Shown here piece after piece: positions 24,641 to 38,200 of a stretch of 64,000 bases of DNA. Source of the DNA: Octopus bimaculoides. Taxonomy: Eukaryota. The stretch is from assembly GCF_001194135.2 (NCBI RefSeq), contig NC_068994.1, positions 15,167,796 through 15,231,795 of the forward strand, in the 5' to 3' direction. The first letter of the stretch is position 1; the number at the start of each line of letters is the position of its first letter. The notes beneath the pieces are model-generated. The model worked only from the letters and a program-made list of their open reading frames with translations. It was not told where the DNA came from and did not search any database. A program made the position numbers and the translations under genes.

Positions 24641-26804
24641 ACCTTTCTTTCCTTCCCTGAGCATCTGCTAATACTTTACATGTACCACATCCTCACGTTG
24701 TTGTTTTTTGGAGTTTTTTGTGTGTGTTTGTTTTTCATTTTTGGGGATTTGCATATATATATATATATATATAAAGATTCCCAGTAGAAAATGATTTGAA
24801 ATTCATTTCACAGTTTCAACGATTGACCCATTCTTGGTCCCTTTATCATTCAAGAGTAATCTTTACAGTGATTGCTCATATGTAGATTAGTTTATTTGTA
24901 CTAATTTCACTATTTTGGCAGAAGTTCTAGAATTACTTAACACACTTCTAGCATATGTCACTTTGGAGAAACTCTGGAATTACATTGTACTTTGCTTGTT
25001 CTGTGTACTTTTGCCAAATGTGTTCAATGAGTGTGTTTTCAATATCATCATGATCATTAGCAATTTTATATTGTTTATATCTATGCCCCATGAAGGTATG
25101 TTTTGGAAGTTGTCTACAGGACCTCCTTTCTAGTTATTTCTGTCTTTGTTCTCGTTTTCCTTATTTATTCGTAATCATGACTAATTCTCTGCTTTTTGTA
25201 CTTCTGAGACTCTATTTGCAGTTTTTTCTTTTCTTTTCATATTAACTACTCTTGAAAGTTATATCAGGAAATTGAATTAGTGATCTTGCCAAATTTCAGT
25301 GTTCCTCGGAGAAGATACATACACTGAAGTAATTTTCCAATGCTAACTCTGAGCCCGTAGAAGGAATTGAACATAAAACACAACTGTAACTAGGAAACAA
25401 AACAATGATTATATAATGTATAAAATGTGTGCACTTTTGTATATTACCTATTTACAGCTTAGTAAACTGGCTTGATGGGAGTCAAGTGCCTTGACAATAG
25501 TTGCTTCAGATGCAATTTTATTGTTTATTTAGCCTATATACTCAGTAGTCATGTATTCATTTAGAGTGTCCACCTCTCAGTTAACTAACTGCAGGATCTG
25601 AGCGACATTTTTATGACACCCTTCTTTATGCATACTTATATGCTCACTGTCCATATGGACATATAGATGTTGTAAACCTACAAGTTGCACATTATATTGA
25701 TGTAAAATCTATGGCTAGCATTTAATATCCTTTGGGCAATGTATAGTTTTTAATCATCTTTTTTAAAACAAATCCTTGATGTGTCTGAAAGACACTGGAA
25801 ACATTGGATATAAATGGCTTTGGAAGCCTTATTTTTATACACCACCAAGTATTAAGAAAGTAATGTTTTCAAATGAAACATTTTTAGAATAAAACATTAA
25901 TCTGACATATGGTTGACTCTTCAACTCTGTATTTCTTTTCTAATGACTGGAAGTACCTATGACTTTTTGAAAGCTTCATCAACTTCAAGTTACAGTTCTT
26001 AATTCCAAGCATTTAATCTTGTTTGATTCAGGCTTTTTTTTTTTTTTTAATCTGTAATCTTTGTATAAGCCTTCTAACATTTACAAACTTTGGATAAAAG
26101 CTTAAATCACAGCATGTGTTTCTGTGTGGATGTTTGCATGCATGCTATCTTCAGACTTAAAGCAACAATCTTTGTTTAGGTAAAAACAGGTCTTATTGTA
26201 TTATATTTCTACAATGGATTTCTGGTTGAATATAATTTGGATTTTTGTTTCACTGATGTGATTTGTATTTTTAAGTGAATCAGAAATATTTGCTGGTACT
26301 GTGCTGTTGTAGTGTACATTTGGAAACAGTGGTATTGTTAGTAGAAGGCAGTTCTTGCGTATGTAACATTATATAATAAATCAACACAAGAAAAGTTTAA
26401 GTTCCAATGACTAGCACTTTGTTAGATTTTTCCGGAAAAACTTATGACAAGAAGAATGAGTGTTGTTTCCAACATAAAATAAATGACAGTTGCTGAACCA
26501 CTTAACAATAAGGACATAAGTTCAAACCCTGTGGCAATCATATCAATGTGTGTTACTTGTTTCAACTACAGTTTCATTTGGTCATAGATATCACTTTCAC
26601 TCAGCTGAGAAGCTAGCATTAGGAAAGGTGTTCACTTTTAAAAGTATATGTGTATTACTCTGACAGTTCTTAGGCAAGGAGCCATATTTTTAGGATTATG
26701 TCACTCATTTTAGCTTGGAAAAGTGGATGTAAAAGTTGTTTTAAAATTGTAACTAAGAATAAATTCTCACTGGAATTTGATAACCAGAGTAAAGCACTTC
26801 AAAT

Positions 26805-26806
<2 letters not shown>

Positions 26807-26856
<50 letters not shown>
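26807..26856. repeat. (AG)n microsatellite
   Basis: Directly visible. Confidence 0.98.
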
Positions 26857-26858
<2 letters not shown>

Positions 26859-27602
26859 GATAGTTTGGATGTAAAATATTCCTCCCTTTATAGTCCATTT
26901 AATATTGTTTATCAGTTTCAAAATATGCAGCAGTAGTATTGATGTTGCTACCTACTTTAAGAATCAACCTTTGGTTTCATACAGTCTCATCAAATCATTT
27001 CAAACAAACATGATGTAAAAAGTTATTTGTTAAATTAGAAACCTAAAACAATCTGTAAATACCTTTTATTTACTAGTGTTGTTTATTTGATTAATTTCTG
27101 TATTTCTGATGAGAGTCCAAAGCAAGCCACTAGCAAAGTATCGTAGTGGACAAGGTGTATAGCTGAAAGTATATACTGTTAAAAATTTTCTAAACCTGTT
27201 CAAGTGATTAAGTCTGGGTGAGACATAAGTAGAAATTACAAAAAGTAGAAGAGATGGTGAAATTGAGTGGGCTTGGGTATGAGTTACATAGTTTGCTTGT
27301 GCAGAGAAACAGGAAACATTGTGGCTACAGTTCAAGAAACTAGGATGGTGGTGGAATGTAATTCTTTTGTGTATTGGTGATTGTAGTGTGTCAGTGTGTG
27401 ATGGTTTGCCAATCATTTGAATAACATTCTTTCTTCTTATTTTATTTCCTTTGATATTTAGTGGTTTTATGTATATCATCTGCACAGTCTTAGATATATG
27501 AACGATACTGTAGTGTGCAGTACATGTGTACCATTTTTGGTATCAGTTCTCATGTCAAATGCTTTGCCTTTGGCTCCTGACATGAGAACACTATTATTTA
27601 GG

Positions 27603-27950
27603 TTTAGGCATGGCTGTGTGGTTAAGAAGCTCACTTTGCAACCATGGGACTTTGTTTCAGTCCCAGTGCAAAGCTCCTTGGGCTTACTGTAGCCCCAGGC
27701 TGTCCAATGCCTTATGAGTGGATTTGGTAGATAAAAACTGTTCAGTTGCTGTCATATGTATGCGTGTCCCCATTGCTTGACAAACAGTGTTGGCTTGCTT
27801 ACATCCCTGTGACTTATCTGTTGGGCAAAGTGATCAGTCGGGTAAGTACCATACTTAAAAATAAGTATTGGCATCATTTTGTTTAACTAAACCCTTCAAA
27901 TCAGTACCCCAGCATGACTACAGTCCAATGAGTGAAAGAAAAGATAATTG
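27603..27950 (+). mobile_element. Older full-length tRNA-derived SINE (family of 48167/62050)
   Basis: ggcatggctgtgtggttaagaagc...gtttcagtccc...gagtggatttggtaga...ccccagcatgactacagtccaatgagtgaaag. Confidence 0.8.
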
Positions 27951-30900
27951 CTTTTCATTTGTACAACAACTGCCAAACCATGAACGAACTATTCAGGAAG
28001 ATTTGAGTTGTGTGGGGCATGTAGGAAACATACCTCTGACAATGGTTTCAGCCGTTTGGGTTAGAGATGAATCTGCTTATTTTGTGATCCAAACAGCAGA
28101 GAATACTTTGTAATCAGTGGTTGTGATGTAGAGTGCTTTTAAGCAGTGGTCAGATCTGGGTACTTGATATTTTGGTCAGCATTAGAAGACTTCAGATGCA
28201 TTTTGGTTCATAGCCAGATGGAGATCTAGTTACAATCTTAATTCAGACCAGAAATTTAAGATGCTCTTATGCAAAGTAATTTCTTTCTGAATTTTCTAAA
28301 TATTCATACAATAATATTTATTTTTCAATAAAATTTTATTCTGCTTCGGCAGCAAAAATATTCCAAATACTTTTGTTTATTAATTATTTATAATGCAGTC
28401 TTTTGTGTATTTCATTTGGTGTTTGAAGTGGATTACACCATATAAATTGAAGGGTCTTTAAAAAAAAAAAAAAAGAAACTACTATTCAGTTGATATGTAA
28501 AATGAAAGTAACATGGATCTTATTGCAAAGTCTGTGAAGCATTCATTTCCGATTTTCCTCTGTATTTGTTAATTGTGAAAATTTAATCATCCAGCTTGCT
28601 TTTTAAATGTTTAATGCTAGTCTCAGAGAATTTGAGGAAATTGCATGGAGTTATTTACTTTTTTATGATGCTAATTACCACCTGGCATATGAAATCAATA
28701 CTCAGTCAAAATTTCTGAATTAGAACATTCAACATCCTTCAAAGCTGAAATTAAGTATCTATATTATCTAATAGTGAACTACATACTCTATTGACTAACC
28801 CAAGTGGCTGATGGGTAAAATGACTTGAGAAAATATTGTTGGTACTTTAATTAAAATCATTGATCTTTTATTAATATCACTTACCACTGACTACATGATA
28901 GCATGTTTTTAATTTAGTCTCAATTCATTTCTCTTTATCATTTTCTCAAAATATTTCAAAAGAAACATTTATTCATGTACTGCTTTTTCGTTTTTTTTTT
29001 GTTGTTTTGTGTGTGTGTGTGTGTGTGTGTTACTAGTGAGGTAATTTTTACGGAAATAATTTTAGTCTTTCAATAGTAACTTATTATCTGTGCATTTTAG
29101 ATTGTTCTCTGGTGTCCTTTTGACTTGCAGTTCTTCAACTCATTCTCTTTCTGTTTGTGATAGAAATGTTCTGATTAAAATTTTGTATTTTGTGTAACTG
29201 TTTATTCTATCCTTTACTCATATGATTAGAATAATTCTTGTCTATGTTAAGAAATATTTAATGAGATCAATTTGGACTTTTTCAAGATGTCAAAATTATT
29301 TTCCTGCTCTTGAATTAACTTTTCAATGGTTTAAGATTTATGTCCAATTTACTCTCAGAATCATTCAAAGAAGAAAGAAACAGTGAAAAGGCGACTGCTA
29401 CTGATTATTATCAGCATTTGTGAGATTTTTATTAAAATGTTAGTTGAGAATCTTTTTTTCTTTTTCCTATTCAGCTTCTATTATTTTGTGTGTCATGCAT
29501 TAATCTTGTATAGAAATTTCTTTGAAAATATCCATGTAGGTCTTGAAAGATTGATCAATATATGTTCTTACCAAAGTAAGAGCACAATATAAATTCTTAC
29601 CAAGTAAGAACAGCTTACTTGATGAGAGAAATCAATACTAAGTAGTCTAGATATTTGTTTTATTAGTTAGGCCTGCAACCAATGCAAGAGAGAAATACAT
29701 GCATGAAGTCTACTGGAGAACAAGTCAAATTAGTGGAAAAATTCACCGGAAATCTATCAAAAGCTAATCAATTACTCACTGATCATTTTGTTTTTGTACT
29801 GAAGCACCTACTCAAGAATTGGATGGTACACAAGATTTTTCTTATTTTTCCTTGTTGTATACCCCTTAGATCATATATAATCTCATGTAATCTCTATTTT
29901 TTTAAATATGGTTTAAGGTATTTCTAATGCAAATACACTTTGTGACAAAATGTAATGTTTTACTTAGTTATTGACTTTTAAAAGCAAATATAATTCTAGG
30001 TGAAAAGTAATTTTGGTGGCGAAAATTTGAGATTTCTTTCTTAAATTTTCTCTTTATTTTAGTTGGTGTCTGTGGTTGTGTATATGTACATGATTGTCTA
30101 GTCAGGTGTGTGTGCAGTCTTGTATGTGTGCATGTCAGCCCAGCTGGTCAATGTGGGACAGGTTGTGTCAGTGTATGTGTGTGTGTGTATGTGTGTGTGT
30201 GTGGAAAATGCATAGGAGGATCTGCGTATGGAACAATATTAAAGTTTATTTCATTCATTCATTCTAAACCACAACATCTGCATTCATTTCTTCATGCAGT
30301 TAATAACTGCAACAATTAAAGCACTTTCTACAATAAACTTAAAATTTACTACTTATATATATCAGGATTGTAGTGCATATTTAATAATAGCCTTGCCATT
30401 TCACTAAGTTTCAATTTGTGTATGATATAAATAGCTATTTGCTATATGTTTTCTTCATGGGCAATGAATGAAGGTGCCTGAATAGTCAACAGACTATGAA
30501 ATATGCCAAGGCTGTCTCTCTTATTTTCCTGTGTATGAACAGCTGTATTTACATGTTTAAAGTTTTATAGTTAAAGGCTTAAAAACTAGTTTAACTGCTT
30601 GAAATTTCTTCAGTTTTCTAATACACCTTGTGCATAAATACTTAGCTATTTTTTAAAGAATATGTTTGGTGATAATTTTTTTTTAAAGCACAATAAGCAA
30701 CTGTATGTTGTTATGTGAACTACAGTTGTTTACCTATATCCTTTTATCTACATATGATTACTCACAGAAAGTAATCATAGTAACTAATTATTTGGATTTG
30801 TTTTCTTCTCAAAATAATTTATTGGACTTCTTTTTCTTGCCGATAATTCAGACAATTGAAGAAAGGGAAGCAGCATGACTATATTAGCAAAAATATTCAC

Positions 30901-31415
30901 AGATGCATCAAAATATGATTAGTCATCAATATTTGATAGTTCTCCAGAAGCAAAAAAAAAACATCAGAAAATGAGTCACACATCTATTCAGCTGTTATAC
31001 ACAGAATGCATGATATATTCATCTATTCACATGTGATATTTTTATATTTTCCATATCAAATGTTTAGAAAAATACAAAGTCAAAGAAGATGGATAGATAT
31101 TGTTAGTGAAATTTTATTGTTACTGAATAACCTAATTCTTTTTGTCAGTATGTGATCTTTTCAAAGTACAACAAATCAATTATATAATAGGAAGTAAACA
31201 ATTTTGGCCAGTTAGTAGTTGGAACATCCTCAACAAATACCGATGGAACTATCTGCAAGAATTTGGCAATTCTGATTTTTTATTCAAAATTGCAAAAAGC
31301 TATAACAGGATCTTATACTTTTCTGAAAGACAAAGGTCACTCTTTTTAGAACCATAAATGTAAGGGGATATGTTCTACAATGACCTAATCAATTTTATAC
31401 TGGGAAACACTTCAA

Positions 31416-32735
31416 CACTGGGGAACATTTCAAAAAAAGTTTTAGTTGTCTTGCTTTTCACAATTAGTCCTACCTAAATTGATGGTGTTGGGTTCAGAAA
31501 TGCCTCCCAGAAATTTTCTATCACGTCAAGTTTTTTGTTAAACAGGAATTCATTTTTTTTTTAACCAAAAAATGTCAATTTTGCCATTAAATGCAAGACT
31601 GCAATAAGAAACTAACACAAACCAAATAGTACTTTTTATTGTTTAACAGATATATTACACAAAATGTTTAATCTTAGAATAGTTATTTCTGTCAAACTGG
31701 AGTTTGAACTACACAAGCAATGAGCTTTCTCTTTGTTGCTTTATGTGAATAAATTGCATAATGACAGTCTCTTTGCAGTGATCAGCAGTAGACAGCACCA
31801 TGTTGGTGTTCCACCTGCCTTGATACCTAGTCCCCATGTTCTCAATGTCTTGGTGGAATCTTTTTCCTTGCTCATCACTATTGCTTTAGGATCTTCTGCA
31901 GCCCAGTACGCAAAAACTGGTTAACAGGGTCTGCACAAGATCTTCATTATTTGATGGCTTCCTGTTTTTCAGGAAATCAAATACAACTGCAACAAAAGTA
32001 TTCCATGCTTCTTTTTCAGTGCCAGACATAGTCTCCAAAAACAGCTCATCCTGCGAGTGCCACTTAATGTGGCCCATCAAACACCCCAACCTTATTTTTC
32101 TCAAGACAAAGCTGGAAACTTTCTGCTTAAGTATTTAAAGTAGTCACTGTCTCAGTGTTTCAATACCTGTTTTGCACACTATATGGGATGTCCAAGCTTT
32201 GCCTTGTCACCCAGTTTCATGCTAAAGTAAGTAAGGTAAACTTTCTTCACAAAATCTGTGATTTTGTTTCACTGCTTAATCCAGAAATAAGCAGAAAACA
32301 TCAGGACTGTTTTTACATTCTCTTCTCGCACAACTGGCCATATTTCTGAAATACAAAACATGTTCAAACTAGTTGTCAGCTGAGAAAGCATTTTCAGAAT
32401 AGTCAACAGTTATAAAGTAAGCAAATGCAGATTTGTGATGGCAAAGTTCTATAAAAAGCATACATAACATTAAGTTCTTTTCACAATTCTTAAAATTCTT
32501 TGACCATGCTTAACAAAACGTGACCTTGACCCATGTGATCTCACAAAACATTAAGGGCACATTCAAAATACCAATTTTCATAAGAGACAGTTAAAAGTTC
32601 AACAAAACAGGTCTCATCTAGTTTGCACTGATAGCCACACTAAATTAAGCGAAGCATGGGCATATCTGCTGATAAATTCTGCAAATATGAGACATATGGT
32701 GTCAAGGGCCACAAAAATATGTTGTTTCTTAACAT
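31416..32735 (-). mobile_element. Internally deleted Chapaev3-like (CMC superfamily) DNA transposon
   Basis: Minus-strand ATG at 32341: MASCARRECKNSPDVFC..TDFVKKVYLTYFSMKLGD. Then EKEAWNTFVAVVFDFL.N.K..N.EDLV..LL..F..LGC and SDEQGKRFHQDIENMGTRYQGRW (about 31820-31880). Terminal cactggggaaca at 31416. The family name is from recalled motifs; the other end is approximate. Confidence 0.75.
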
Positions 32736-33029
32736 CCAATTGTATAAAGGACATTTCTGTCATCATCATGATATTTGAAACTGGTTAGGTTGAAAATAGT
32801 GAAAGTTGCTCAAGTTTGATACTTTTTATTTACTAAAGATACTTAAATCATAACTATTGTTTTCATTTTTGTAGTTATGTTTACTTTAAATGACATTGAA
32901 AATCTGTTTTCAAAGTTATGTTAAGCTCCATACATGGGTTCGCATTTGATGAAGTCAAATCTATCTTTAGAAATGATGGCAATACCAGAAATATTGAAAA
33001 ATGGACATCTCAGTTTGTGAAAAAACTTA

Positions 33030-34275
33030 ACATGATAGAGCAAAATAGATTTCAATTTTGGAATCCCCCTCCCCCCAGTAGGAAACATGTCTCCGACATC
33101 AGATAACAAAAACCCTGTCCCCCCAGTGTAACCATTAATACTATCATCAATGAAACTCCAGATTTATTTGTAAAGTGAAGTAGTGAGCCATTATTCTGAA
33201 TGTATGCATACGACGTGTGAAGCTTATTTTAAAAGGTTGACCAGTCACCCCTGTTTCAGTGTTATTTGCAAAAGAAACTCAGTAAGCAAACATTTTACAA
33301 CGATACGTGTTATTGAGAGGGCAGATATCAAGGGATGTTGCAATTATGTAGAAAGGTTTTTCTATGTTCATACTGAAAAATTTCTATGTGTTTGTGCTGG
33401 TTGTGGGAACAGTGATGTTTTTGGTGCAACAATATCTCACCTTTATACTATTCCTATTAAAGATCTTATGATATCTACAATCCACAAGGAAAGGCTTATT
33501 TATAGGATTTCAGAAAATCCTGGTAACATTAGAATGGACATTTAAACTATCTAGAGGAGAGTATGAAATTCAATCCTTCAGATAGTTTCTTATTTTTGTG
33601 TTTCTGAATTTTAGTGTTCTGTATAAATGTATTATATCTTTGAAGCCAAAACCATTGTCTTTTAAGTACATCGATGTAACAATGATTAGCACAAATAAAA
33701 GCTACATTGAAAATGGATAACCCAGATATGTGTTAACCAATGTTAAGTTTCCAAGGATTATTGGAAGATAGCTGGAATTTATAACATATTGCTATTTGTC
33801 AATAGGTTTACAATGATGGCAGTATTTACTAGTACTGAAATCCAGAGTTAACTATTCTTAATATCTCGTTAAGCTTGTATTCTTTGGAAATGATGATGAA
33901 TTTCTTCCTTACAGTATCCAATGTGTGGTCAAACAAAATGAATATCCATCATCATAAAGACTGAATTCTGCATAGCAGAATCTTTTCTGAAGTAAGTATA
34001 AGATGTATAATCTTATCACAAACTTCAGCCCCATTGAACAATCTGAAGGTTACTACAAGCAACTCCAGGCCAACCTGAAAAGAATAATTGCAAAAGTACA
34101 AAGATATCCTTTGCATGTATAAATAATATTAATATTAGAACCATTAATTGCAATAAAACTATTACTAAATCTAAAGCTTTTTCAAGAAGGGATTGAGTTA
34201 CAGTTGGTTGGAATTCTATTGTATGAAACTGCATAAATTTACTTATTATGTATGTTATTGAACCAACTGGTGAAA
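33030..34275 (-). mobile_element. Decayed Penelope-like element (YRDDG-type RT plus C-terminal GIY-YIG-type endonuclease)
   Basis: Minus-strand motifs in order: WFNNI.NK, KFMQF.TIEF.PTVT..LLEKALD (about 34180-34240), GAEVC (about 34018-32), LY-DDG (about 33945-59), VRKKFI..SKEYKL, KPIDK.QY, YHKIFNRNSIKVRYCC (about 33430-73), CN...CPL, G.TG.PFK, T.L.K.IW, C.L..E. Many stops and frameshifts. Confidence 0.85.
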
Positions 34276-34279
34276 TATT

Positions 34280-35450
34280 ATTTCTAAGCTCCCCTGTTAC
34301 ATTTTTCCCTATATTTGGGGTTGGCAAGAAAATTATCTTTATGGTCTTCAACGTTAAACCTGCAACTTCTCTTACATTATCAGTTGTCAAGTGACTTGAT
34401 AGCATGGATAATAAGCATCTTTGTAAATTTATACAGTTCAATATAATACAGTACTTTCCCATCTGTAGTCCAATTACTTATTGAAAAAGCTTTAGAATTC
34501 AGTAGAGGTTTTATTCCAATTAGTGCTTCTAACATTAATGCTATGCATACAAGGAAATCTTTGCTTGCTATTTTATGATAATTCTTTTTATAATAGCCAG
34601 GTATTGTCTGATGTAACCATGGGATTTATATATTGGGGCTGCAGTTTGTGAATTAATACAATTGTACATCTTAGACTTAAATTCACATACTGGAAGAGAT
34701 TCTAATTCAGTCTCTACTGTGGTGATGGACTATTCAGTTTGCACAATATGAACACCTCAATGGATGCTGTCAGGAAGGAGTACTTCAACGTATTCAAAGT
34801 GTTAGCTTTGAAAACTACAGATAAACTACTGATAAAATATTGCACATATAGTAAACCTAAGGACAAACTGCGGCATGTTGATATAATTCCAACTGAATCC
34901 TGAATAATCCTTAACCATTTAGCATTTAAATTGGTCATATCTGGCCCAAATATTCTACCTGTTTGAACTGGTTCAAATTTGCTAGATCTGACTTCTTGCA
35001 CCTACCCTACAATGTCATTCTAAAAATATGCAATCACATCCTTGAAATCTCAAAGTTATGAGAGTATGCATGATGACTCCAAAGCAATGTGAATGAATAA
35101 GCATTACGTTTGACAGAGTAATTTGAATGATAAAGGGTTAAAAACATGGGTTAATAATATTAGTAAGCATATATCCAACTTGTTCTCTAACAAGGAATCT
35201 TTTAACTGTGCTATTCATTATTACAGTGGTATATTAAAAGCATTTCAAAAATAGAACATATTCCATACAGAACAGCTCTAGTAGTTGTAAATACAAGAAG
35301 AGAAAAAAAGGAGGGAGGGGGTTAGATATTAAATGATATAATCCTCTGTCTCATTTACATGTTTATTCCAATGTACCTGAAGACCATAGATATCATAATT
35401 TCTTGAACAGAAATACTCAGAAAACCATCTCACTTTTGTAAAATGGAAAG
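34280..35450 (+). mobile_element. Second decayed PLE of the same RT type, opposite orientation, interrupted by MITE copy 9
   Basis: Plus-strand motifs: KLPC, VVK*LDSMDNKHLCKFIQF (about 34385-34440), EKALEF, MHTRKSLL, DVTMG (34610-24), GAAVCELI.LYIL, LYCGDGL (about 34712-30), KPKDK, [MITE], NNISKHISNL.SNKE, *YNP, HRYH..LNRNT. Confidence 0.85.
34911..35141 (-). mobile_element. piggyBac-type MITE, copy 9, with TTAA on both sides
   Basis: TTAA-ccatttagcatttaaattggtcatatc...tttgaatgataaaggg-TTAA. Confidence 0.9.
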
Positions 35451-36234
35451 AAAAACTTTAAAACATTATTAAGAAATGTACCTTTCGATTATTGATTCAC
35501 TTGGCTGTCTTTCTTGTGGGTTTTCTTTTGTTGTTATTGTTGTTTTTTTTCCTGTATGTGTTATTATGCTGGCTAGAAGTCTGAATTGCAATACACTTTC
35601 AATAATTAAATTTTTGTTTGAATCATTTGTCCATTAAGCACAGTCTACTAACCTTTGTAATACCAAATACTAGTTTTCATTTCATTGCTTATACTCTTTC
35701 TTACACTTGGGTAGTTTTCTAAATCTGAAATGCCCATTAACAGTATTTTCTCTTTTCTCTATGGCAGATCCACTTCCCATGGCGTTCATATAAGTTAAAA
35801 TGTTCATAAATATTCATTATATATGTGTTTTCCATTAATATAAATGCTCTGAAATGCTTTCTCCTTTGATCTTCCGTTATACTACCTATCCTTTATCAGC
35901 CAAGTCTTCTATACTTACTGATTACCATCCATTTTTCTTCAATGCATCCACATCACACTAGTTATTTAGTTCCATATGGCCTAGTTTCTTTAAGAAGTGA
36001 TTTGCCTACCCTTTTTTTCTCTCTGTTGTTTTTTTATCGTTTTGAAAATTAGTCTGCATAACTTCCACATGTGTACACACTTGCACTTTTCTTAATTTCA
36101 TATTTAATGTTAATTTTAATACCCATTTACTGCAATATCCATAAAAAAATAATAAAAAGTACCAGCATAAAAAAATAGTAAAAAGTACCTGCATAAAACT
36201 TGCTTTAAAGTTAAGTCTTTAGTATTGTGAAGAA

Positions 36235-36460
36235 GGCAATAAGATGGCAGAACTATTAGCACACCAGGCAAAATGCTGAGCAACAGTTTTTTTTGTCTGT
36301 TTTTATGTTCAAATTCTGTCACAGTCAACTATGCTTTTTATTATTTCAGGGTCAATAAAATAAACACCAGCTGAGCACTGGTGTCAATGTAATCAACTTA
36401 CCCTGCCATCACAATTGCTGGCCTTGTGCCAAAATTTGAAATTATTATTATTATTATTAT
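36235..36460 (+). mobile_element. tRNA-derived SINE (family of 21904/57815/59590)
   Basis: gatggcagaactattagcacaccaggcaaaatgc...gggtcaataaaataaacaccagctgagcactgg...ggccttgtgcc followed by (att)n. Confidence 0.8.
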
Positions 36461-36832
36461 GAAGAGTGAGAGAGAGAATTTTGAAGCAATAGCGAATTGC
36501 AATCTCTTCCTCTATAACAATGATGTCTCTGAGTAGTTGTTAAGATAAACTATAAACTTCAATGCTTTAAATAACTAGCTTTAACAATTCTCTTTTAACA
36601 ATGTTCACTTATTTACAAAATAGATTATACCACTATTGATTTTTCCGAATGTATTAAGTTTTTTTTTATTGTATTTCTAAAACCATTTGGTTTGAAATTA
36701 TATCTATTGGTAATCCCAAAGTACAGGGAACTATTCCTAATTACCAGTAGTTTATGTTAGCTTTAAAATTTCTTATTTGTAATTAAACTCCTTTCAATAA
36801 TGAAAATTTTAGCCATTTTGATTAATATCCTG

Positions 36833-36865
<33 letters not shown>

Positions 36866-37974
36866 CCATATGTTCAGAAAATCTCATGAAGTGATTTAGA
36901 TTCTAATATTCTTTACATATTTTTTATATCACACTTTGTCTCTCTTTCTATAACTACTTCACACATAGAAAGGGCATCTAAAATCTTTTTCTAGTTTTGA
37001 AAATGCTATTGTTTCTTTGTACAAAAGATATATATGGCTAAGCAAATCAAATTAATCACTATAGAAGTTTAAAGAAGAAGAAAAAACATAACTAGAAAAC
37101 ATTATGTTGAGAATTAATGCAATAACAGTCGAAGGAGAAGTAATAAATTTACATATCTTGCTTTCATTCTCTTTTTTCTACAATTTTTTTGCCCAGAGAA
37201 AAGAAAAACTAAGGAAATACACACAAAAGATGAAAACAAACAGTTATCTTGTGTGAAATGAATTTGTGGATAAATTGTAGGGATGAGAATAACACTAAGT
37301 AACCCATCCTAAGTGCAAATAAACTTTACATTTTGCTTTCATTTTGTTTTTAATACAAAATTCGCAACAAATGATATGTAATATAATCTGAAATATACAG
37401 AGGAAACTGAAAATCTTAATGGATGAAAAAAAAAAATATAGTTTAGATATTTTTAAATTACCATCTGGGGTGAAACTGAATAGAAATTAAGCTTTCTTAG
37501 TAGAAATCTGATTTTTCCAAATTTCCAATATTTATAATTCTCAGTTGCATACCATTTCCAATTTTCTCTTGAAGACCACTGAAAAGTTTAACTCTTTTGC
37601 TATCATTTTTATTGAAATTGATTTTGATTAATTTTGAAAATAATGAAAAATTTAGGAAAATAACTTTGTCGGCATTAAGCTAATTGTGGAGTCATAAATT
37701 AACATGAAACTTTGATAGACGGTTTTAGTTTAGATCACTTTAAAACGCAAAGTTTGTACCGTAATCTCAGGTGGTTTTGTGTCAAATGAATTAAAACATT
37801 ATCATTAGCAGTTGAAAAGAATCAAAATCAAAGCTTCAAACTTATATGTTGATGAGCATTTATTTTTAAGTTGTGGGAGCCACTGTACTATATCAGCAGT
37901 TCTCGACACACTACCAGCTTCCATACATCCCAAAACTGACAAATACCATTCCTTTCCCCCTTATGAGAAACACA

Positions 37975-38200
37975 ACAGAGTATAATATTAGAGTAATACA
38001 AATAATAAATGAGTAGATGCATATATACGTACATATATGTACATACTTACATCTACCTGTATATATAGATGCATATCTGGGTACAGGACATTGCAAACAA
38101 AATGTAGACAAAATGATAAACAGAGTACAGAAAACACACAGGCCACATAGGGAACATTTCCTTCATCAGCTTCCACCATTCTAACACTGGCGTTTCAAAG
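37975..38200 (-). mobile_element. Probable PLE terminal-repeat-like fragment containing CTGATGA
   Basis: Minus strand: tttGAAACgccagtgttagaatggtggaagCTGATGAaggaaatgttcc, followed by T-rich and TA-rich sequence like the other pLTRs. Confidence 0.35.

Noticed and set aside
24389-24787. Long ORFs spanning the N-gap, and the similar set at 55119-56077
   Set aside because: They are open only because of Ns and TA/TG microsatellite; there is no coding signal.
27868-28260. Coding-looking stretch after the SINE (ORF 27868-28113 and a minus-strand TDYKVF motif)
   Set aside because: The ORF starts inside a SINE tail, and the single motif is insufficient to assign a LINE RT.
33117-33128. tgtcccccagtg as the second TIR of the Chapaev3-like element (11/12 match to the reverse complement of 31416-27)
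   Set aside because: It lies inside sequence that translates as the PLE endonuclease C-terminus. The Chapaev-like subterminal sequence already ends near 32735, so this is probably coincidence.
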